A stretch of DNA of 64,000 nt, taken from NCBI RefSeq assembly GCF_052425735.1, contig NC_135766.1:27342001-27406000 (forward strand), written 5' to 3'. Each line of letters starts with the position of its first letter. Within the stretch, counting starts at the first letter, position 1. Under the pieces are notes generated by a model. The model made no database searches and had not been told where the DNA came from. It saw nothing but the letters and a program-made list of their open reading frames with translations. Positions 54,624-64,000 of the stretch are shown here, piece after piece. This DNA is from Oculina patagonica (lineage: Eukaryota). The position numbers and the translations under genes are program-made.

Positions 54624-56550
54624 TTAGTCAAACAATCCTGCAAGGAAGAAAAATCACAGGTCAGAATAAATGCTCCACAAAACAATAAAACATTGCAGGG
54701 CTTCGCTACCCATAATATTTCAATGTCTCTGAATTCTTCTGTATTTACATTAGACCCAGAGTTGAGACAGCCTTTTTTGGCACAACTCTCAACATCAAGT
54801 GCCAAAGTTAGAGCCTTAGATAACTTTCTGTTTATCTGCTGACAGGTCTCATTTTCCCAAAGACTTTCTCTGACTTGTCTCCCTCCTCACTTATATATTC
54901 CAATTTTGAATTTTAGATTATTAATTAAATGGAAGAACATAGCAAATATAACTACTTCTGGCAATCAATCAAAAACTGCTCTGGATGTTGGCATGAACAA
55001 CCCTTAAAACAGTAGAACTGTTTTTTCCTATTTCAAACAACTCTCTAAATTGACTCAGTTAGGACCGGCTCCAACTGTCTGTCTTAGAGAGGTGTTCCTC
55101 TTATAGGGAGTTTAGTTACAGTAAAATGACTAAAAAATGGCAGGGATGGGACCAACACCAGGTGTCCATCTTACAGAGGTGTTTGTTAACTTAAGAGAGA
55201 GTTGACTGTATTTCAAAACCACCCTAACTGGCATGAGCCTTCAAAATGGTAAAACAGATTTTTTATACACGAGTGTACAAAGTTTGTCAACTCACCAAAT
55301 CCCATGTCATCATCCGACTCTTCATCCTCCTCCTCTTTCTTTTCCTCCTTCTTCTCTTCCTGCTTAGCCTCAGCCTCACCACCGGCAGCAGGGGCACCTC
55401 CTGCAGCTGGCGCAGCACCACCAGCGCCAGGAGCTCCAGCGCTCTGGATAAGGGTGTCTAGGCTGTGTCCCTCAAGGGCTTTGGCAAAAAGGCCTGGCCA
55501 GAAAGGTTCAACTTCAACTTTGGCAGCCTTTATCAGCTTTTCGATCTTATCTGCCTGGGAAATATAAAGGAAACGATATGTCACTGATGGTTTATCTTGA
55601 AAAATGTGCCTGATAAAATAGAAACAACTGGATACCACCCATGGCTAAAACAAAGTTTTCTGACTACAGTCAACTCTCTCTTATCAGACACCTCTTTAAG
55701 ACAGACACCTGGTGTTGGTTCCGTCCCTGCCGTTTTGCAGTTATTTTACTGTCACCAAACTCATTATAAGACAGACACCTCTCTAAAATGGACAGTTGGA
55801 TTGGGTCCTGACGGTGTCTAGAGAGTTGACTGTAGAAAAATAATTTTATACTGCTCAGTGACCAGTCTCTTCCAGGCATACTCAATCGATAGAAATTGTT
55901 ACCAGAAATCAATTGATACCAACTGGTATTATTCGTCCATTGTTATCAAATGACATACAATCAAACTCAGAAAAAATTGTAATAGTTCGGCTTTGATTGA
56001 TATTCATTGGCAGTTTTGGCACTGATTATTATCAATTATCGGTTATAGATTGACTCACATTATCAAAATCTCCAGCAACCTAAAATCAAATTTCTTTTTT
56101 CCAGTCCTTTGTCAATAAATTTTAAATTCCCCATATCAGACACTCATTTCTACGGCTTTCTTCTGATCTCCAAAAAATTTGCATCACTTTTACGGGTGTG
56201 TGGCCTCCATATGTTAACCCTATTTCTAAAACTTCACAGATCCTCGGAATTTACTCACACAAGTTAAACTTACAAGCTAACACGTGGAGATTCTTTGATG
56301 ATTTTCTCACTTAAAAACTTTAGGTTATCTTTAAATATACATGCGGCTCAGAATTTTAAAAGTGGAATCACCTTTTATGATCATATGTCAGAGGTGTATA
56401 TCATCATAGCCACATAAAATAATACAATCAATGTAACTTTCTCAGGACAATTCCGCCATGTTGATTTTTGTCACTTACCGTAATGGCGACGCCATCGTCG
56501 TGGAGAATAAGAGCGCTGTACACGCAAGCAAGCTCAGAAGTTGATGCCAT
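54624..56550 (-). CDS. RPLP1: 60S acidic ribosomal protein P1 (114 aa); exons 56550-56479, 55554-55296, 54637-54624
   Basis: [24 protein letters not shown]|[27 protein letters not shown]...[10 protein letters not shown]|LFD*. Confidence 0.97.
56342..56414 (-). ncRNA. Candidate intronic box C/D snoRNA in RPLP1 intron 1
   Basis: Minus strand reads TGTGGCT-ATGATGA (C)...CTGA (D')..ATGATCA (C')...CTGA (D)-GCCGCA. It has a terminal stem, is about 73 nt, and is in sense orientation in a ribosomal-protein host. Confidence 0.6.
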
Positions 56551-56904
56551 TTTCTTGTTTAGTTTCTTTTGTTTCTATTTCGCCAAGAAATATTGATGTA
56601 GGTTGCCTTGATGAAACGATTAAAACGGATGCAAGGCCTTAGCTCCGTGCGAGAACTCTACACCTTCTGTGACGAGCGAGAGAGAGAAAGAGAGAAGGAA
56701 TGGGGCTCGCTAGGAATTCTGGGATGTGCGCGGCACGAGGGTTTTCACTCGCGCGAAAGAACCGCGTTTTGAAACGAAGTTGTCTTCAGATGTGTTTTTA
56801 ACGTATAATTTTATGATTTTTGCCCGATTTGCATCCGTATATCTCTCAGCAGTTGCTATCAGCATAGAAGTTGAAATAATTATTGGAGTTGAGATTTTAT
56901 TAGC
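56551..56904. promoter_or_regulatory. Bidirectional promoter and 5' UTRs of RPLP1 and the ARM-Tudor gene
   Basis: ATGs are 354 bp apart head-to-head; long minus-strand polypyrimidine (TOP-like) tract at about 56678-56700; CpG-rich. Confidence 0.6.
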
Positions 56905-59900
56905 ATGCCGCCTTCAAATCAAGACTATCGTGACACGATTGAAGCCTTGAAAGCTATCATCGATGAATCGTTGAAACACCCTGAAAAGAGGAAAGAATTT
57001 GTGGACGAAGGATCTATAGAGCTTATAATTGGTGAGTGGTTACGTATAAACAAGATTTAAAGCTTGTTATGGGTTGATATTTGGAGTGTTTTGATAAAAG
57101 CAGCTGTTATGATTAAGATACATGTGAAGTGTTTGTCTGAAGTGTTTATGTGTAGTCCATTGTTCGCTATAAACACGTGCTGAGCAAATGAATTCTATTT
57201 AAACGTAGTGCATTTTTAGAGTTAACTTTTGCGTCATTATTGATTGAAGAATCTCTGAGCATGTAAAGAAAGCGCTACCTTTTGCAAAATTCTGCATGAG
57301 CTTTCTGAAACTTTGACCACCACCACCCCCCTACCTCCCCCTGGGGTGCCCCTTATGAAAGGGACGGGGATGCTCCTTGTCTCACTTGGGGGTGTAAGTT
57401 ACAGATTTTGGTCTCGTTAAGGGTGCTCCAGCAGAACACCCTTATTTGAAAAACTATTACATGTACGTGTCACCCTCAATAAATAAAGTTTGATTGATTG
57501 ATTGATTGATTCATTGATTGAATGAACACCAATATTTTGAGCCTCGTTTAGGGCTGCATGTGAAGAAATATCAAAGGCTGTCATACTGTGTTGCCAGGAA
57601 AGACCAATATTATTATTGTGTAGGCTTGATAATATCTTTCAGCGGCCCAAATAGCTTTGAGCTATGCCCAGATTTGTTCCCCTTTAGGGGTGTAATTCTA
57701 ATTTCCCAACAAGCATTCCACCCCTTCTCATATGGGAGTCCCCTAGCTTTGACTATCAATTTACAGCTGTTTTTGTCCTTCTTGGGAATCTTCAGCACTG
57801 TATAAGCATTGTTGATAATGGGAGGGAGTTTTTTTTTCCTCACACCTCAGGGATCCAACACGGGTAGTACACATGGTGGATAAAATGAGGATGTTATGGA
57901 GAAAGGAGGAGAGGTGTGATATCTGTTTGTCTTCAAAAAAATGTTTGAGGACACTGACAGTGTTCTAGGGGAGAAGATTTTTTTATTATTTTTTTGATGG
58001 TCTCAGGTTTGTGTGATGTAAAGAGCATTCCATGGAGCCTTGGTGCATACTGTGCAGCTGCTCTCAGAATTCTTGCTCATGGCAATGCCAAAGTCAAGGC
58101 CAAGATAGTTGGACGTGGAGGAATTTCCCCTCTACTGAAGCTCTGCGATCCTGAGGCAGTATCAGATGATGCAGGTCACTGCTTATATTTAATGAATATA
58201 TAATTTAAATAATCTACCGGTAATCGGATTGCTCCGCTGCCGGTCCAATAATTTCTAAGCTTTGGACTAGGTATTGTCCAGCATAATCCTGCACAAATTT
58301 GTTCCATTCAGTAAAAAAATTAACTTGACTCGCATGAACGATCCTTTCATACTTTTTATTTGTTTATAAAATTACAATGTTAGGGAATTTTTTTCCAGCT
58401 GAAACTCCCAGTGGGTCCTAGCAAGGTCAGAATTCCTTGTCTCATATCCCCCTTCTGCTTTCCACTTAAGTGATAAAAATCTTTTTCAGCTGTGAAATAA
58501 AAATTTTATTGACCAAGCTTGTCCAGGACCATACTGGAAGAATGTCTGCCCTCTTCTTTTCTGTACGGACCTCCCTGCACTCAGACCGTACTGTCAATTC
58601 TCCTACTAGGGCCCTCGCTCTTGGTTATTAAGATCTATAAAGCTGTGCTCTAGCAGAGCCTGGATACCACAGGTGGTCAACTTACTTTTGTCTTTGAGCA
58701 ACTTGTATAACTTCGCTATCATAAAAAATTGTTAAGAGCTCCAGGCACCCAAGCTTACTTATATGTGCAGAAGGGCCTTTGGGCACCCTGCAATTATTCT
58801 AGGAGCACAGCTTTGGATCTACAGTAGAACCCCGGTAACTCGAACTCTGAAGGGAAACGAAAAACAGTTCGAGTTATCGGGGTTTCGAGTTATCAGGGTC
58901 GATTGAATATTTAATTTACCAAGTTAATAGTTGATAGTTTAATGATTTTCAGCACTTTAGTATACAGTACAGTGCATATTGAACTTATCTTGTCAGAAAC
59001 TCTAACACGACCATACATTCTTATGATAAGAGTGGAAAATGGCTGTCAAAATACTTGATCAGTTCGTTGCTTTAATCAACAGACAACCATGGTGAGTTGC
59101 AAGAACCGAAATTTGAGTTATCAGGGTAAATTTGACCCACATTTTGTTCAAGGGAAACAAAATTTAGTTCGAGTTAGCAGGGTTTTCGAGTTAACCGAGT
59201 TCGAGTTAACCGAGTAAAAATGACTGAAAAATGGAGTCAAATCCAAGGGAAATGGAAGTTAGTTCGAGATAGCGGGGTTGTTCGAGTTATCCAAGTTCGA
59301 GTTACCGGGGTTCTACTGTATGTATTTTGCATTGTCTGATTAGTATTTAATTCTGTCATCTTATAGCCACTTCAGAAGACGCATATTGGAGATTGCTTGC
59401 TCATGAACAAGCTGCAGCAGTTCTTCAGATCATCAGCTTTCAGAATCCATCATGTCAAGCAGAAATGGTCACAGCTGGCGCAATCAAACACCTTGTCAGA
59501 TTGTGTGACGTGCTCAATCCTGAGGGTTGTCATACCAACTGCTGCCAGTCAACAAGTGAGCACTCGAGTGATGCAAGCAAGCTTCTTCAGGACTTGACCT
59601 ATAAGAAAAAACTGGTTGGAAAAGTAAAAGAAATGACTCTGGAAGATATCAGAGAAAATGCAGTCAAGTTGGTTAGAACTGGTGAGAAGCAAATTGCAAT
59701 AAGTCGTAATTTTTTCAGTCTCTTTTCCATGTACTGAAAAGCTATTCCATATATGACGAGCACTGCATAATATTGCTTTCATTAGACAAGTTAGCAATCA
59801 GGTCTTAGGCCAACAGGTCAAACTACAAATTACAGTGTTATTTTGTTGTAGGTCAAATTGGTTTTTGGATTTAAATTGTTTCTAAATATCTGTGTTATCT

Positions 59901-60862
59901 TATTTTGTTATCTTACTTTTTTAACATTGTCAAGCGCCCTTGAACGTATGGAAAGGGCGCTATACAAATGATTATTATTATTATTATTATTAATATGTTT
60001 CAACATGAAGACAACACTCAAAAACAACAGCAACACCCTTTAATGTACTCTTGCACTCACACGAAAAGATTAATACAAGGAGGAAGTGAAATAAAGTAAG
60101 GGTACTGGCTGCCTGGAATAACCATAGGGGCTAGTGGAGCCAGGCAACCAGTTAACAGCACTCTAACAATGACACATAACAATTTGAATTCATTAAAAGG
60201 AAATCTGGAGCAATTGTAAAAGTGTTATCTTCAGGTTGAAAAAGATTTAATCTAAAAACCACTATGACCTACAACATTGATATGTTCTTAAATTATGGGA
60301 GGAGTATTGGGGCAGGGGAGGGGGGGAAGCAACAGGAAGTGGGATTCCTAAGGTGGTGGGAAGCCAACCTTGTTCCCAGGGTCTCTCTCTCCCCACCCCC
60401 AAGAGGGGAGAGAGAGACCCTGGGAATGAGGTTGGTGGGAAGCTCGAGAAAAAGCAAAAATTTATCTCCATAAATTAAATTATTAACTTATTTGGTTATT
60501 AAGACTGGGAGTCAGTGGTGATAGGTGCAGGAAGCCAGATAGAGGAGTACAGAAATAATTCTTGACTAATTATTGTAATTTCTATCTGCAGGTCTTGTGA
60601 GTGGTTTGACTCAAGTGCACAGACTGTACAGTGTTGATTTATATGACACAACAGTTGAGTATCAGGATGTTAGAATCAGCGACGAGTTGATTAAGAGCCA
60701 GTTGATGTGGCCAGATATTGCTGTCAACCAAACAGACAGCTCATCAGAGGATAAAGAAAAATATGTCAATCCCAAGGTATGCAATATAATAGTTTTATTT
60801 GTGATTCCCTCAATATTAACCTATGTACAGCAACCCTCCAAGTTAAAACCAAAGTTCTAGTT

Positions 60863-60893
<31 letters not shown>

Positions 60894-63523
60894 TGAAATT
60901 GTAGAACCACTTGCCAGCCTGCCGACTACAAAAAGACTACTTCAGAGCTTGATCAGACTATTAACTGAACTGAAAATATTCTGAATGGTATGGATTCACT
61001 TTAAAAATTAGTTCTTCTGCTAATTAAACTGATTGGTTACTGAAACAAAATGTAAATGCAAAGAACCAAACTTGCAAGAAAATCACATTATATTTACTTA
61101 TAATTTCATATTGTGAAAACTAAAATTTTCCATTGGCAACTTCACCTTAATAGTTTGTTGCCAAATGGTCACTAAGGAAAAAAGTTAACTTGGAGGGTTG
61201 AACAGTTACTGTTAGTAATTTTTTGTTTATAAGCAATTATTTTACTTTTTCAGGATAGAGATTTTAGGTGGGTCGATGTTTATGTGACAGAAGTGATTGA
61301 TGCCTGTCACTTCTGGGCTCATGTCGGAGGGAAGCTGGTGATTGAAAGAATGGAAGCAATAAATAAAGAACTTTTATCACAGGTAAACAATGAAGCACTT
61401 GTAAAGATATAAGATAAATTCTGCTAAAAGTTTGAACAACAAGTGCAAAAATTAATTTCTAAAAAAACCAATAGGACAGTAACATTTAAAATAATATTTG
61501 AAACATCTCCCTTTAATTTGTTTCTCTAAGTAAGCCCACAATTAAATTATCAAGCATAATTTCTTGGAAAAGTTACTGTCAAACCTCAAAAAAATGTTGG
61601 ATAAAATGCAATGCCATGTTATTTTATTTTAAACTGACAGGAAGTCTGTTTTAATTAAAATAGAGATAACTTCAAATTCGATTTTACATGTATCTCATGG
61701 GTCTGATAAGTTCTTTTATTATACATTGTAGTCACTAGCTGTCTTCTCATTGGCTAAGAGCCTACAGCTAATTCTGGGAATCCGCATAACCCCGCACAAC
61801 CTACAGATTAGTGAATAATCTGCTAGCAGATTATTCACTAATCTGTAGGTTGCGCGCGCAATGCATGATTTCCAAGGGCAATGTGTCAGGCATCTGGCGG
61901 CGAAGGAAATTCATAGTTCGTCAATTCACTTCTTCAACCGAGAAATAGTTTGACCAAAGTTCAAAAATTGCTGGACAATAAAGTCTCAGAAAACACAAAA
62001 TGACTAACAAGAATTGGGAAGGAGCTATTCCACGATTTAGTAGGACGACCAGCCGGAATTAGCACAAGTTTTGAAACAGGTTGAAATCGTTTGTCATTTC
62101 TTCCTTTTTCAGAAAAACAATGTATAATAAAACAATTATTAGATTCGGTTTATGTGATATTCGGAATAATCAAGGTCTCAGTAAGTGTTTTCAGCCTCAG
62201 CCTTCGGCTTCGGCTGATAACACTTACTTCGACCTTGATTATTCTGGTTATCACAAAAACCTCATCCAATAATTGTTTACAGTCTGTATTCAAAGTACAT
62301 GTACAGGTGTCACCACGCTGCTAGTAACTTTATTTTTACCTTAATTGCGTGAATGGTCAGTGGAAACTATCATAACAACTGATTGTCAACTTAACTACAT
62401 GTATCAGTGATCAAAGCCCTCAAAGGCTTAAATACTCACTTTTCTAGAATGCAGTGAAAATAATTATATTTTTTATCACATCATTTAAATTCCATCAATT
62501 TAGTGAGATCTTGTCTTTCTTTAATTTGTATTTTTAGGAACAGATTCCTCTGAATTCCATACCAGAACCTGGGACATTTGTTTGTGTATCAGAAATGATT
62601 GGGGGTCACAAAGACTCCTACAGAGCTCAAGTTCTTTCAGCAGATCCTGGCAGTGATGGAAGTCTAACAGTAAAGGTCTTTGCTATAGACAATGGTTTTA
62701 CAAAAAGTGTCTCTGCTACTTGCTTGTATGTTTTACCAGAGCATCTCCTGGGCATTCCAACACAGGTACTAATGTTATAACTTGTTGTTGTTAGTACAAA
62801 CTTAATTTATTAAATAATAAAATAAATGTGAAGGCTTTGTAGCCTAATGTTCCGGGGTGGGGCGGGGTACTGCCCCAAAATATCTTAGCAGTTATGTGCT
62901 GGTTAATGGGGTCATGATTTTGAGCTTTCGATCTAGATCTAGATTTTGGAGACGATTCCAAGAATGGGGCGTGATATTTCAAATAGACAATATCTCAAAT
63001 TATCAACAGCCAAAACAGGATGTAAAAAAATTGCCCTGTTTTTACGATTGGGTATCATTTTGAATGCAATTTTCTAAAACAGGGTGCTACTTTGGAAAAT
63101 AATTTAATTTAGTACCCCCCTGCCCTCCCCCACCTGGGCCTAATGTTAACTGCTTTCCATCTGGCTGGTTTAAGAGGTCAGGTCTGGGTGAGGTCAACGT
63201 GTCATGTTTTTTAAACTCTTGTAATAAACTTAATAAAAGGTCCTTATAAAACAATACATAAATGACAGTTTCTTGCCTTTTCTTTTACTTCAACTTGTGA
63301 AATCCTATGCTACCACTATTGGGAGAGCTTTCCCTTGTAGTCCACTGTGTGACTATATGGAATACACAATCCCCTTTTCTAAGGAGGCTATTAAAAGAAA
63401 TATTGATAGATGTTTAAAGTTATAGATTAAAATATGTGATTATTCCTTTATAGGCTACCTTGTGCTGCTTATCTGGAGTTCAAGCACCACCCAAAAGTGC
63501 TGAAATTCTAGAACATGCTGCTG
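56905..63523 (+). CDS. Armadillo-repeat protein with embedded extended Tudor domain, 3'-partial; exons 56905-57031, 58007-58174, 59367-59681, 60592-60776, 61254-61382, 62538-62765, 63454-63523
   Basis: ARM motifs FVDEGSIELIIGL, AAALRILAHGNAKVKAKIVGRGGISPLLKL, AAAVLQIISFQNPSCQAEMVTAGAIKHLVRL. Tudor motifs VYVTEVIDACHFWA, YRAQVL, VKVFAIDNG, LPEHLLGIPTQATLCCLSGV. All junctions are in phase. Confidence 0.8.
58822..59318. mobile_element. Tc1/mariner-type MITE (CAGTAGAACCCCGGTAACTCGAAC TIR, TA TSD); degenerate relative at 49071-49260
   Basis: TIRs and internal TTCGAGTTA repeats. Confidence 0.85.
60831..61200. mobile_element. MITE with CAACCCTCCAAGTTAA TIRs
   Basis: Perfect 16-bp inverted termini. 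Confidence 0.7.
61797..61852. repeat. Perfect 56-bp spacerless palindrome
   Basis: CAACCTACAGATTAGTGAATAATCTGCT|AGCAGATTATTCACTAATCTGTAGGTTG. Confidence 0.95.
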
Positions 63524-64000
63524 GTAATTAGTGCATAATTTACCTCTGTGACCTGTGTGTGTGTGTTTTTCAGTAAATAAAGCCGAAGTACATTTATACT
63601 GTAGCTGCTTATAACCAGTTCTCTACCTGTGGTGCTTCTTGCTAATAAAAGTTCTTCAAGATTAATATTAGCAATCTATAGGCCATATAACCCCCCCCCC
63701 CCCAAGTTTAATTTAGTTTACTTTTGCCTATTTGCTCTTTTTTTCATTTATAGTAAATAATAACCATTATTTGGCTATTGCCTTTAATTAATTGCAAAGT
63801 CGTCATTGTAAGTTGAACAGTAATTCCATAACATGTTTAGCAGTGATATTTACATGTATGGAAGTGAAAAAAGGGCAAATATTGTATCATCATTACACTG
63901 AATTCAATATCCACTATGTGTTTAAGGTGCACTTAGAAATCTGACTGAAGAGAGTAATTCTTACCGAGTCTATGTTGCTGCTCAGCAAGGTCTGGATTTT

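Noticed and set aside
60860-60873. Perfect RFX X-box GTTGCCATGGCGAC
   Set aside because: It lies inside a MITE deep in an intron, so it is probably part of the TE consensus.

Overview
AT-rich, intron-containing eukaryotic DNA. The repeat landscape and gene content suggest an invertebrate, most likely an anthozoan or stony coral; this is inference. I assembled ten spliced gene models by hand from GT-AG boundaries and reading phase. In order: TAF1A (5'-partial, +); a tandem trio of SLC22A18-like MFS transporters (+), whose middle copy carries an apparent 4-nt frameshift; a six-finger C2HC protein joining ZNF474-like and ZC2HC1-like modules (-); a PH-PDZ adaptor with SHP2-type tyrosine motifs (-); RPL30 (-) head-to-head with epsilon-tubulin TUBE1 (+); and RPLP1 (-), which hosts a candidate box C/D snoRNA and is head-to-head with an armadillo-repeat protein (+, 3'-partial). 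Introns are crowded with MITEs, tRNA-derived SINEs, an RTE-derived bipartite SINE and LINE tails. There is one 129-N assembly gap. The best leads are: (1) an apparently circularly permuted extended-Tudor domain inserted inside the ARM-repeat protein; (2) the PH-PDZ adaptor; (3) the diverging SLC22A18 triplication with twin conserved TNGCGTGAC promoter motifs; (4) a young fold-back element with a 7-bp TSD in the TAF1A 3' UTR; (5) a 261-bp structured RTE-derived retroelement with a 14-bp TSD. Family names come from motif recognition, not database searches.
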